DNA of 63,039 bases, the filler included, from Globobulimina sp. (Eukaryota): assembly GCA_003354225.1 (NCBI GenBank). It is 28 parts of 28 records of this genome, joined end to end, with 100 filler letters (N's around TTAATTAATTAA, not from the genome) between each part and the next. Parts side by side here need not be neighbours in the genome. Positions count along the whole stretch, not along the records: positions 49,617 to 51,770 come from PIVH01008588.1; positions 51,871 to 54,024 come from PIVH01008589.1; positions 54,125 to 56,278 come from PIVH01008590.1; positions 56,379 to 58,532 come from PIVH01008591.1; positions 58,633 to 60,786 come from PIVH01008592.1; 23 more parts are not named here. The stretch is one strand, 5' to 3'. Below, piece by piece: positions 49,868 through 60,886 of the stretch (within the stretch, counting starts at the first letter, position 1; each line of letters opens with the position of its first letter). A program made the position numbers and the translations under genes. The notes under the pieces are model-generated. The model saw only the letters and a program-made list of their open reading frames with translations, made no database searches and was not told the DNA's origin.

Positions 49868-50740
49868 TTAGATTTTAAAATCACTAATTAATAATAAATC
49901 ATTAATCATTTCTTTTTTTGTTCTTGCTTTATAACCTTTTTTATTTTTCTTATTTTTTTCATAAGCAACTGAATATTTTTTACATAATTCTTGCATTTTT
50001 TTTACTTTCATTACATTTAACTTTTGTTTTAGTGTTTTTGTAATATTTCTTTTTCTTTTTGGAGCATAAATTTTACCTTGAAATCGTAATGCTTTTATCA
50101 TTGGTTCATTTGTTCTACTTATTAAACATTCTGGATATTTTTTTAATAATGATACTAAATTAAATGAAAATTGTAATCTTCGTTGATTTTTTCCATCAAC
50201 TTTCGGATTAATACTTAAAATGTTTTCAACATTTAATTCCTTCGCATATATTTTATATTTATTACTTTGTTCTTTTGTTGCCCTTCCCCTTTTAATTGAT
50301 TTTATAAATATATTTAGATTTTTTAATTTCTCTTGATCTATTTTCAATAATAAAACTCTTAATATAACTGTTTTTATTATTATTACCTCTTCTATTATTT
50401 TATTATCTCCTTCTTGATTATATTTAATAATTATACTAATATTTTTTTCTGAATCATCATGATGATTTATATATCTAAAAGGATCACCACATGCAACCCC
50501 ATCACACCCAGTTGATTTGATTGAAACATTTTCTTCTTTATCATATTTATTATATTCTCCTGGTAAATCATGGATTGATGTATTACCAATTTCTTTAATT
50601 TGTTCATCTGTTATTCTGAATATTTTTTTTAAAATATCTATTTCAAATTTTTTCCCATGTCCTTGTGATTCGCCTGGTTTTTTTATTACTTCTTTATTTA
50701 CTTTTATTACTGTTTTTTCAACTTTATTTATTAAAGGCAT
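49868..50740 (-). CDS. Putative restriction endonuclease (PD-(D/E)xK-like variant) with C-terminal Rho-N/HeH-like domain, giant-virus type
   Basis: QGHGKKFE...HDLP...NVSIKSTG...CGD and NPKVDGKNQRRLQ. Lies directly downstream of an MTase. Tail LNVMKVKKMQELCKKY...TKKEMINDL. Confidence 0.55.
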   Translation of the reverse strand: MPLINKVEKTVIKVNKEVIKKPGESQGHGKKFEIDILKKIFRITDEQIKEIGNTSIHDLPGEYNKYDKEENVSIKSTGCDGVACGDPFRYINHHDDSEKNISIIIKYNQEGDNKIIEEVIIIKTVILRVLLLKIDQEKLKNLNIFIKSIKRGRATKEQSNKYKIYAKELNVENILSINPKVDGKNQRRLQFSFNLVSLLKKYPECLISRTNEPMIKALRFQGKIYAPKRKRNITKTLKQKLNVMKVKKMQELCKKYSVAYEKNKKNKKGYKARTKKEMINDLLLISDFKI

Positions 50741-50774
50741 ATCTAATATATATATTTAATAAATATAATATAAT

Positions 50775-50782
50775 TCAATTTT
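50775..50782 (-). promoter_or_regulatory. Mimiviridae-type early promoter AAAATTGA upstream of the putative endonuclease
   Basis: Exact octamer overlapping the MTase stop codon, 34 nt upstream of ATG 50740. Confidence 0.75.
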
Positions 50783-51605
50783 ACTTCATATTTTTTAATA
50801 TTTTATTAATTTCTTTATTAAATTCATTCTTACATATTGATTTTGGACCAACTGTATTATTATCTGTGAATTTTATTTTTTCAAACTCTTCTTTAAATTT
50901 ATCTAAATTAACTCCATCATCTAATTTTATAAAGTTATGACTTTGTGCTGATTTATTATCTATTTCTGTAAATATATTTCCAGCATAAACACCAACTCTT
51001 CTTATTGAAAAATCTGGAGTTTCATTCTTTTTTACATATTTAAAACTTTCTGGTTTATATTTTTTTGGTTTTTCTCTTTTTATTTCTTTCTTTATCCATA
51101 TTTGAAATACACAAGGAACATCCATTATTTTATCTCCATTTATTGTAAATGAGTTTTCTTCTAGATCTTCTTCATGTTCTAAATGAAAATAATCATTAAA
51201 AACCTTTCTCATGCTTTCTTTTTTAAAACTTCTTGGTAATACAAAAGATACACTTCTCGCATTTTTACAACATTTTTTTATAAATTTCTTTGCCAATGAA
51301 GATTGTCTTCCAAATGGTGGATTCCCAATATAATCTATATCTTTATCTTTCATTTCAAGTTTAAAAAAGTCTTGTTCAATTACATTTTTATATTCTGGTT
51401 TAATATCATATCCTGTTATATTATATTTTTTCTTTTCAAATAGTTTCATAAATGCTCCACCTCCAGCACTCGGTTCTATTATTTTTGATTTTTTTGTTAA
51501 TTTTGCGATTTTTATTATTTTCTCTATACATTTTTCAGCAATATCATCATTTGTATAATATTTATCTATTGTATCTCTTTTTAATCCAGTAGTCTGTTTA
51601 GCCAT
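50781..51605 (-). CDS. N6-adenine/N4-cytosine DNA methyltransferase, giant-virus type
   Basis: DKYYT (motif X), IIEPSAGGGAF (motif I), YDIKP, QDFF, IGNPPFG (motif IV), SFVLP. ATG at 51605. Confidence 0.92.
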   Translation of the reverse strand: MAKQTTGLKRDTIDKYYTNDDIAEKCIEKIIKIAKLTKKSKIIEPSAGGGAFMKLFEKKKYNITGYDIKPEYKNVIEQDFFKLEMKDKDIDYIGNPPFGRQSSLAKKFIKKCCKNARSVSFVLPRSFKKESMRKVFNDYFHLEHEEDLEENSFTINGDKIMDVPCVFQIWIKKEIKREKPKKYKPESFKYVKKNETPDFSIRRVGVYAGNIFTEIDNKSAQSHNFIKLDDGVNLDKFKEEFEKIKFTDNNTVGPKSICKNEFNKEINKILKNMK

Positions 51606-51628
51606 TATAGTTAATATATAATTAATAA

Positions 51629-51636
51629 TCAATTTT
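51629..51636 (-). promoter_or_regulatory. Mimiviridae-type early promoter AAAATTGA upstream of the MTase
   Basis: Exact octamer 23 nt upstream of the ATG. Confidence 0.75.
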
Positions 51637-52265
51637 ATTTTTTAAATAAACAAGTCCATTATGTATTATTGTTTTTTAAAAATTAAATAAACTTATTGTT
51701 CAAAAGTCATAAAGTTTACTATTTGTTGTAAAATATATCCTTTTAATCCTTCAGTGATTTCTTCATCCATNNNNNNNNNNNNNNNNNNNNNNNNNNNNNN
51801 NNNNNNNNNNNNNNTTAATTAATTAANNNNNNNNNNNNNNNNNNNNNNNNNNNNNNNNNNNNNNNNNNNNCTATAGGTAAATTATAATTTGTATATGTAA
51901 ATGTCATTTGTAATGGAACACCACATTATTTACATATACTAGGTACGGTACGGTACATCACATATTCCTAAACTAAGTTTACTAGATCTACTGCCAAAAC
52001 CAAAACAATGAGTGCAGACTGCAGACACACAGATAATTGTTAATCCAATGCAAACTTTATCTATCCACGGGGGTTACCTACAAATTCAGACACAAAACAA
52101 GAAAATAATAAATATTTGCATAATTTTGTGGTTTATTTGATCCATTATAATTTGTCGTAATTATCAGAAAAAGACGGCATCTCCAGTTTCATTCCTTTTC
52201 TTTTCCTGATTTGCAGACTGAATCTGTTTGAAATGAAGTGCTCGCTCAAAGGATCGCCGTCCACT

Positions 52266-54024
52266 TTAATCGATCTCTGTCAAATAAGAAACGCCTTTCG
52301 TTGCATCCACAAAAACATTGGCTTTCCCGTACGGCGCAGCTCCAAACGACCATATCTTGCTCGCTTCGTCTTTGTGCCAATCGGCGAATTTATTTGCAAA
52401 CTCGCGGCCAAATAATTTCATATTGCCAATTAATTTAATTTTATCAGTTTCGATGGCATCGCACACACTGCCCGATAACGGCTGCGTTGTCAGGTATAAT
52501 TTGTTCAATTTATTCGGCGATTTTACGCCGATCACCGACGGATATCGCAAACACTTATTTTTATTGTTATTTTTATTGGCTTTGCCGGCAACACTCGTCG
52601 TCGAACCACAATGTCCCGCAATGCCTTCGCAAAACGAGACGATCGGATTGGAAGTGCGGATGCCGACATTCTCCATAAATGACTGCCGCAATGTGCTCAG
52701 ACAAGTTTGTAGATGCAACTCGCCCGAACCACAAACGATTTGCTGTCCTTGTTTGTTTTGCTTGATTTGCACGATATTGTCGTACTGCGATAAGCGCTGC
52801 AACCCTTCCACCAATTTCTTCAAATTCTTACTGTCCACCACTTCCACCGCCACATTCACCACCGGCGACACGCTGAATTTCATCACTTTGAACGGAAACG
52901 TCTGCGCAGAGTCGCAGAGCGTGCCAGATTTGGTCAAATATTTGTCAATGCCCACGATGCCGCACACATTGCCCGCAGCGCACTCCTTCATTCGCTCCAC
53001 TTTGGCGCCCATCATTCGATAGATGCCCATTACTTTTTTCTTGCAAACGCGCCACTTTTCATCTCCATCGCCGTCATAATCAGCCTGACCTTGACCTAAT
53101 ATCCGCAGTTCTTGCCCGGTTTTGATGGTGCCACTGAAGACGCGGCCAAATGCGATAAAGCGGCCCGGCGTCTTTTCAATCGGTATCATCTTCGAGACGT
53201 ACATAGAGAGAGTCCCTTCGGCATCGCACGATAACATGGCCTGCGCCTCGGCGGTGTCCAAAGGCCCAGTGTACAGCGATGGGATTCGATATCTTTGTGC
53301 CGTCACCGGCGACGGTAACGAGTCGGCACATAAATCCAATACGCATTTCTTTGTCGATAACCATTCATTCATCACCAGTTTCAGTACTTTTTTCTGGTCG
53401 CCACATTTGGCCAAATCTTGTGCGCTTAGATTTAATTGCAATGCGGCGATGATTGGCAGGTAAACCTCGCTCTCTTTCTGCATTATGGCGTCGTGTAACA
53501 CTTGGATCGGTTTCAAAATATATTCACAAAAAGCGTTGTTTTCATTCATTTTGTAATTGGCGCTTTTGATCCATTTCGAGTTTGCTTTGTCGAAATAATT
53601 ATTGCCCCACAATTTCTCTTGCATTTTCTTGGCGGATAAACCAAACCGTGAGCCATACATTTGTGCAAAGTGCGCCAACGAGAATCCCCATCCAAAATAG
53701 CCAGAGCCAAAGGCAACATTTAATTTCCGTGGATCTAAGTTTATGTCACCTAACACCTCATCTTTGTACGTGTGGCAGATGGCGTTGGTCGATTCGATGG
53801 TGTTTTTAAATAATTTGTACGCCTCTGGCAATTTTAATTGTTGCTCTAACCAAATCCTGTCCACTTTATTGATGAATAAGACAGGTTTCACTCGTTCTAA
53901 TATTGCTTGTCTTAATACAGTCTCGGTTTGAACGCAAACCCCTTCGATGCAGTCAATTACACAAATTGCTACGTCTGTAATACGGAGTGCTGCTGTTACT
54001 GCGGATGAGAAAGCTACGTGGCCT
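52266..54024 (-). CDS. Divergent eukaryotic elongation factor 2 family GTPase, truncated at both ends
   Basis: TAALRITD...EGVCVQTETVLRQA, INKVDR, VAFGSG, FIAFGRVFSGT, MKFSVSPVV, GSGELHL, KSPNKLN, KIWSFG. Similarity ends abruptly at about 52270, inside domain IV. Confidence 0.88.
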
Positions 54025-54154
54025 NNNNNNNNNNNNNNNNNNNNNNNNNNNNNNNNNNNNNNNNNNNNTTAATTAATTAANNNNNNNNNNNNNNNNNNNN
54101 NNNNNNNNNNNNNNNNNNNNNNNNTGTTGGGCGCATTTTCTGCCCAGTTCCCTG

Positions 54155-54885
54155 GGTGGTAAAAAATCGTTCCCGACAAAAAAACAGATGAACACAAAAT
54201 CGTCAAACAGACGCTCCTTGTCCAAGGTAAAAGGCGTTGCAACACCCATCTCCCTCTCCAAGTAATCCCTCAGCACATTGATCATCAAAAACTGATAGGG
54301 CTTCCGAGCAATTTCCGGCTTTTTCTCCTCATCCCCCTCCAACTGTCTCTGAATCAATGCCTGTGCCATGGACTTTTTATCATCCCGCCCAGGTGGCTGC
54401 TGAAACACCAATTCCCTCAATATCACAAAACGAGGCTCATGCGTCGACAATGCCAGCATAATCAAATCAGCATCAAGACCATACACACAATGCCTTGTAT
54501 TCGGATCATATGAAGGACAGTTCCTCTGCTCTCTAATATACGCCATCACCTTGTGTTCTCCCTCCCCAGGACTATTCGCATCAGACAAGATAACCTTGAC
54601 ATTCGCCCACCCAGGATCTCCATTCAACCTCAAATGAATATAATACTGCAACGCCAATGAAAGCCTATGCATAAACGGGGTCCCGGGAGTAATCGTATTA
54701 CTATCAAACACAGCACTCTTCTCCTTGACAGGCACCTGAATCCCTTGCCCTGCCAACTCCTCCCTCAACTTTTTCTCCTCCCTCGCCTGTTCCTCCGCAT
54801 CCTTTGCAGCCCTAAACCTCCTCGATCTCTGCTGATTCATCTTCGCTCGAGGCGCAACACCATCAATCGCCATATACAATATATA
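54155..54885 (-). CDS. XRN2: 5'-3' exoribonuclease XRN2/Rat1 fragment, probably from a different (algal/plant-like) organism
   Basis: [66 protein letters not shown] content is higher than the rest of the contig. Confidence 0.9.
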
Positions 54886-54987
54886 CTCCCTACAAAAACA
54901 AATGGCTACAAATATTCTCTCAAGAAAAAGGTACTCCAAAATTTAAAATAAATTTTTTAGCCTTTCAAAAATTTTCATCTAAGTTAC

Positions 54988-55841
54988 CTACATTAAAATC
55001 AATAGGATTTGAAGAAAGTTATTATGTTTCAGTACATTGTCATGTCTGCAAGAAACATTTTGATGATTTCATCCAATATAGGAAGCACATTCAGCGACAT
55101 TATCAAAGTGATCCCGGCAAAACATGGTTGCACTGCGACTTTCCATTATGTGATCCAAACTATTTATTTTCGTCGTGTATCTATTTCATTTCACATCTTG
55201 CGCAGCATACAAATGATAAACCATTCAAATGCAAGATTGTGGCGGATGGCGTTAAATGTCAATCAGCCATTGGTACGAGAAGCAATATGGCCAAACATTT
55301 CAGAAAAATGCATGGTCCGCAACAAAAACAGAAAATAACGTTAACTGTCCGAGAAAATGTGAAGAATGTTGGTTTTGAGCAAAGTTATTATGTCTCGGTT
55401 AATTGTCATGTCTGTAGTGAGCATTTTGATGATGTTTATTTGTATCGAGCTCATATGAAGGAACATTATGATGCGGATCCAAATAAAACTTGGTATGAAT
55501 GTGATTTTGGATGTGGGCCTAGCAAAGTATTTAGCAGTGGCCATGCGTTTATGTATCATATTGCATCGCATACAAAGAATTATCCATATCGGTGCAACGT
55601 GATTGTGGGTGGAGAGCAATGCCAACATAGTGCCGGGAATGTTGGCAATCTTAAAAAACATTGGATTTTAATTCATAACGTCGGAAATATGAATGTTTTT
55701 GAGAGGGCGAAGAGGAAATGTTGTAAGAAAAAAGGTGGACAAAGTGATAGTTTGATGGAAAGTGATTATGAAAGTTTGAGTTCTTATTACTCTGAAACTG
55801 AATCTGAAACGCAATCAGATGCTATTTATGATATTACATAA
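54988..55841 (+). CDS. Multi-C2H2 zinc-finger protein, 5' end uncertain
   Basis: CDFPLC...HLAQHTNDKPFKC, CHVC...HMKEH, CDFGC...HIASHTKNYPYRC. Confidence 0.85.
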
Positions 55842-55878
55842 TGTAGAATAGAATAATTTGTACAGTTCATTCTTACAT

Positions 55879-56220
55879 TTAAACCGAAAACTTCACACTG
55901 CTCAGGTTCAATCGATGAACATCTTCTTCTTCATGCTGTTCTAAGGACATTGTACTCCACGATTTGGAGGATTTATATCGAAAGAGATTATAATCCATAA
56001 TTGAATCATCTCCCTCTTGTCCTTGATATTGGTCTTCGTCCTCTTCATCAGTCTCAACCATCCCATATATGGACTGATGGCGTTCTTTGTTGTCCACTCT
56101 CTCCGTATCCAACACTTTTAAGTTTGGTAAATGATAAATGAGCGTCAACCGATATTCTTTGTTATCCTCTTCGTTCATCGCACCACATAATGGGTTGAAT
56201 AACAATGATAAATATTCCAA
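55879..56220 (-). CDS. Leucine-rich-repeat protein, last exon (LRRcap)
   Basis: LEYLSLLFNPLC...EYRLTLIYHLPNLKVLDTERVDNKER. Confidence 0.75.
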   Translation of the reverse strand: MEYLSLLFNPLCGAMNEEDNKEYRLTLIYHLPNLKVLDTERVDNKERHQSIYGMVETDEEDEDQYQGQEGDDSIMDYNLFRYKSSKSWSTMSLEQHEEEDVHRLNLSSVKFSV

Positions 56221-56689
56221 TTTGGGGCACTTTTTGTTGTATATATTATTTATTTATATAAACAAAAACAAATGTTTTNNNNNNNNNNNNNNNNNNNNNN
56301 NNNNNNNNNNNNNNNNNNNNNNTTAATTAATTAANNNNNNNNNNNNNNNNNNNNNNNNNNNNNNNNNNNNNNNNNNNNAGATGACGGGAAAGATGATGAA
56401 AAACAGGGGTATATTGAAAAGAACAAAAAAAGAAAAAAGAAGAAGAATGCTGCTGGAGGTCTCTTTTCATGGTTTGGTTGATGACAATGGGTTTTGTAAC
56501 TTTTGTACAAACTAAATATGGAGATTACTAATTACAAATTAATATAATTCTCATTAATTACGAATCCTTGCACTGTAGTTTGAGTGTCTGATCAGTGTTG
56601 CATGTATCAAATATAGTATGTACACAATTGTTTGAAGAATCTGGAAATTTCTGCAAGGTTTGCAATAGTAAGTACAATCCATGTACGCT

Positions 56690-57406
56690 TTATAATATTT
56701 CGTTAGTTACGGTATTTGACCAATACATTGGTTTCAAGCTCTTACTATCTTGATCTCGTTTTCTTAGTCCATACAAACAAACATCAATATCCATATTCAT
56801 ATCCATGTTATTTATTGAGTTTGAGTGCATTTCATGTTTATGACTGACAAATGTCAACAAATCTCGATTATCACAGGTTATTAGGTATCCATTGTCATTA
56901 TCCATTTTAATGAGACCCATGTCATCAGTGGATGTTGTGCCATATTTCTGCATTATTTCATTAGCATTGGATAACAATTGTTCCTTTTCAATTCCTTTTG
57001 AATCATCCTTTAATAAAACACAAGTATGATGGCTAAAAATAACATATGGATTATCATTTGAAATGCTCTTAAATGTTCTGATTGCTTCCGAATTGAGATC
57101 AGGATTTGTATCGATTATATTAATATCATTTGATTTGCCCATAGGTCTTCGCTTTAATCTTATTCCGTCCATATAATGCAAATAATTATCGCTAACAAAC
57201 ATAATTTTACCATTGTTGAACAGGATTCTATCACTAACCATATATGCACTGAACCCAATACAAATGACAGCAGCATTCAAATAGTGCAGTTTCCTCATTT
57301 TTGGGTTTATTTCAGTTGATTTCGAGCAAAATGTATTCACATTTTTAAAAAATAATGGATTCAAACAACGCAGCGATGTTGGTCTCAGAACAAAGCACAT
57401 TTTCAT
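56690..57406 (-). CDS. Hypothetical protein with possible mitochondrial presequence and one TM segment
   Basis: About 240-aa ORF with a basic N-terminus and hydrophobic AAVICIGFSAYMV. Confidence 0.55.
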   Translation of the reverse strand: MKMCFVLRPTSLRCLNPLFFKNVNTFCSKSTEINPKMRKLHYLNAAVICIGFSAYMVSDRILFNNGKIMFVSDNYLHYMDGIRLKRRPMGKSNDINIIDTNPDLNSEAIRTFKSISNDNPYVIFSHHTCVLLKDDSKGIEKEQLLSNANEIMQKYGTTSTDDMGLIKMDNDNGYLITCDNRDLLTFVSHKHEMHSNSINNMDMNMDIDVCLYGLRKRDQDSKSLKPMYWSNTVTNEIL

Positions 57407-57536
57407 GCAAAAACCTTCGTTTTCAAAGATTATTTCATTAGTTGCTTTTCTATATTCGATTGTCAAACAAATCACACATAATTATTTTGAACGCGTCACA
57501 AAAGAAAAACAATGTCATAATATGTAGATTGTAGAA

Positions 57537-58532
57537 TCATTGCGAATAATGAAACAATTCCAAAACAATACCAGCTTGTTTCAAGGCAATAACAAACCTA
57601 TAACTATTTTGTTTTGGTATCATACATTGCCATTTAAAATTTTCACTCAGTCCTTCCTCCGGATACCTATAAATTATTAATAATCCTTTATTTTCATCAT
57701 AATCAAAATTAATTTCAACCGCTATAATTTCATTAATATTCCTAATTTTAATTTGTTTTCCAAAGGCCAATCCATTAATATTCCCACCATATTCTTTTAT
57801 AAAATTATCATCATTCTGTATCACATTCGCATCAATTATGCCAATATCACATAAATTACTTTCCCGATGATTTATTTTCTTTACTTTCAACTTCAAACAA
57901 TAACGTCCAACACATTGCAATTCTTGCGTATTATATATATTTTTGAAAACAGTTTCCTGTGCAATTATTCTTTCGATGCATGAATTTAGCGGACCATATA
58001 TTTGATAATGCTGCGACGCTTCGAATTTAAAACATAAATTACTAAACAAACAAATTAATTTGCATAAGTTATACGGCATAATTAAATCCTCAAAACATTT
58101 GTTTTGTTGACAATTAATATATCCCATCACCAACAATTCATAGCTTTCCTGCCCAGAACCACTGGAAAATGACAAATCAAAGCTTGGATAAATAATTTTA
58201 TTTGGAATCATCGCGATCCTCTCTCGTTCCATAAGCTGTTTATGAAAATTCACCAACTCCTCATACATCATATGCCGTACACCGAAAGTGGTTTTAATTT
58301 TTTTTTCAAACTCAAATGAAATGTTAAATGGAGGGCAGCTTTTATAATGTTTGTCTTTTTTGCGTGAGGCTAAGAAGGGATGCTCGATCACCTCGGAAAT
58401 GGTGGGCCGTCGATGTGGATTCATAATCAAAATGTCTCTGATAAACGAGCGAGCCAACTCTGTGCTGTCTGGTAACACCATTTCCAAATCTTTGGCTGGC
58501 AATGTTTTTTGACGTTGAATCCACTTTTTCTC
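57537..58532 (-). CDS. MAP kinase C-terminus fused to a SPRY-like domain, 5'-partial
   Basis: ARSFIRDILIMNPHRRPTISEVIEHPFL...PFNISFEFE...MMYEEL, then LLVMGYI...P..L and a beta-rich tail (LKLKVKKI..CDIGII..EIIAVEINF). Confidence 0.72.
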   Translation of the reverse strand, partial: EKKWIQRQKTLPAKDLEMVLPDSTELARSFIRDILIMNPHRRPTISEVIEHPFLASRKKDKHYKSCPPFNISFEFEKKIKTTFGVRHMMYEELVNFHKQLMERERIAMIPNKIIYPSFDLSFSSGSGQESYELLVMGYINCQQNKCFEDLIMPYNLCKLICLFSNLCFKFEASQHYQIYGPLNSCIERIIAQETVFKNIYNTQELQCVGRYCLKLKVKKINHRESNLCDIGIIDANVIQNDDNFIKEYGGNINGLAFGKQIKIRNINEIIAVEINFDYDENKGLLIIYRYPEEGLSENFKWQCMIPKQNSYRFVIALKQAGIVLELFHYSQ

Positions 58533-58639
58533 NNNNNNNNNNNNNNNNNNNNNNNNNNNNNNNNNNNNNNNNNNNNTTAATTAATTAANNNNNNNNNNNN
58601 NNNNNNNNNNNNNNNNNNNNNNNNNNNNNNNNGATATAT

Positions 58640-59757
58640 TTAATCATCATCAATGGCACCCAATTCTGTGTAACCATCGCCAGCATTTATTTTTTTAGCA
58701 GTATATACTGGCATAGCATCGTCCAACTGCGATTGAATCCATTTTATAATAGTTTGATTGGTTGTAATTCGAACACAACATCGATTACAACATTTATCAC
58801 AACAACAACATTTCTCATAATATCTTTTTGAAAATTCGAAACTTAAAAATATAACCAGGCAATGTATAATAATATGCAATGAAAATAAGATTACAGATAT
58901 TAAATGTAACAAAGTCTGGCAAGAAGTACTACACTTTCTCCTTATTTTATATATTATGATCTCATACAATAAGCAGCAAACAGTGAATATCATGCACCAC
59001 AGCAATAATACACATTGTTTTAATATAATATCCAACCAATTTGTCTGTTGATCGCATAAATGAATAACTGATAAACGATGGAATGTGTTTGATTTAACAG
59101 AATTCATTGAGTCAGTCACTGCAGAAAACAAAGACAAACTCCATTTTGCAGGCGTTTTATTTATTTGATGGCTTGCATTTATAGCATTTATTCGCAATGT
59201 GGATGACATGGGTTTAATATTTAAATCTTGTGCCACTGTCACTGTTAACAACATTAGTTTTTTAATGAATAATAATAATAAAAACATTGATAATATTATA
59301 TAAATCACAAAATGTATATTACAAAATATAGCAAATACTTTATGATTATCTGTAATTATTAAAATACATTCACTCCCAATGTAGAATATTAATGATATAT
59401 AAATCAATACAAATACATAAAATGGTGAATTAAATACAGTTTTATTTAATAATATATGCAATCTTTGAGTAAATATAATTAATAATGCTGATTTGCTAAA
59501 CATAATGCAATTGATACCACATTATAAGGTATTGTTACTTTTGTTATTTGGAAATAAAAATATGATACTATTGATATTAAATATAATAATAAACCGATCA
59601 CCGCAAGAATGCGTAGATATTTGTCTCTCTTTAGATTTTCTGCTACATTTAATGCATTGTAACTGGTCATTAATAAAACAACCAGAGATATAATAATTGA
59701 TGGCATGCATATTGCGCATAGCAAGGTCTTGTGTGTAAATGTCGCATCATACCACAT
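58640..59757 (-). pseudogene. 7TM/GPCR-like membrane protein with frameshift(s) near 59480-59560
   Basis: Two overlapping hydrophobic ORFs with a C-terminal FEFSKRYYEKCCCCDKCC. No in-phase GT-AG intron was found to bridge them. Confidence 0.5.
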
Positions 59758-60120
59758 GTTGTACAGTTTTCTGACTGAAGTTTAAGTTTCAAACAGTTTC
59801 ATCTTTTTTTTAGCCCTATCTCCATACAACAAGAAAAAAGTTCTGTTTTCACAGATTGCTCTAAGAATCGGTTTGTTGCTATCCAATCGTACTTTACATG
59901 TTACATGACACCCATTAGATTACTATCGAAACATTCTTGAAGATAAAACAAATTAAAAAAACACTTCTTTTCTGTTTTGTTTCAAATATTTAGCATAAAT
60001 TGAATTCAAAATTCAATTTAATTATTAACAATTAATCGGGGAATTAAACAAAAAATAATTAAATCCAAAAAAAAGTTATTATAGGAGATATAAAATAAAA
60101 ATTATAATAAATTCCAAAAA

Positions 60121-60786
60121 ATGATGGACGTAAATGAAAAAGATACAAACTCCGTACTTGCATGCTCGCCCTTATCCATTCGCGACTATTCTCCCTCTCC
60201 ATCCACCACCAAAAACGATACCCCATCCACGACAAACACGAGCCAGACAACAAACAGTCAATGTACACCGAATCATACACCAAACCCAATAACTACGCTA
60301 CCAAACATCAGCACCACGCACCACAGCATCATCAAATTAGAGGCTCACAATCACGCTCATCATCCCACGCACCCTTCCATGCTAAATATGAATATGCATA
60401 ACATGCACAGTATGCATATCCAGCCTTCCTTAACCGGCTTAACTTGCAACAACAAGGAAAACCATAATCTATCATTGAACACCACCGTCATTCCACGCAT
60501 TCCCTTACCGAATATATTCATGAACAGCAACAGCAATTTATCGCTCCCTCCCTTACCCCTACCAATACCCAGCGAATTGTTACAAAGCAAATCAACAAAA
60601 CCTACCAAATCAAAACGAAAATTAAAAATTAAAAAAAAAGCTGGAATATTATCAGCAAATATAAATAAAAAAAACAACCCCACACTGTCGGAATGTAAAC
60701 CTCAAAAAGGCAAAAAACGACGCAAATCTCCACGTGCCCTCAAACTGGAAATGCCTCGCACTCGCTCGCCGGAGCAATATTCGGTG
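60121..60786 (+). CDS. Low-complexity S/T/P/H-rich protein with basic clusters, 3'-partial
   Basis: Open frame of about 220 aa to the contig end, with NLS-like KKRRK. Confidence 0.55.
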
Positions 60787-60886
60787 NNNNNNNNNNNNNN
60801 NNNNNNNNNNNNNNNNNNNNNNNNNNNNNNTTAATTAATTAANNNNNNNNNNNNNNNNNNNNNNNNNNNNNNNNNNNNNNNNNNNN

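Noticed and set aside
48864-51605. RT fragment next to endonuclease and MTase as a retron-like or defence operon
   Set aside because: They are separated by a linker (49517-49616), so they are unrelated contigs, and the RT piece is LINE-like.
51636-51685. Mimivirus-type polyadenylation hairpin after the upstream gene
   Set aside because: The stem is imperfect, almost all A/T and has a loop of about 15 nt, which is too weak to call in such AT-rich DNA.
52262-52280. GATC-containing junctions (also about 22205) as Hi-C ligation scars
   Set aside because: No exact GATCGATC is present, and GATC is frequent by chance, so the mechanism of chimerism cannot be assigned.
52318-53463. Long plus-strand ORFs (234 and 113 aa) and similar short ORFs elsewhere
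   Set aside because: They are antisense shadows of well-supported genes such as EF2, with no independent motifs.
2158-60886. Regularly spaced TTAATTAATTAA repeats as a CRISPR-like or biological array
   Set aside because: Always embedded in 44+44 N, with contig sizes sorted by length. This is an artificial all-frame-stop linker.
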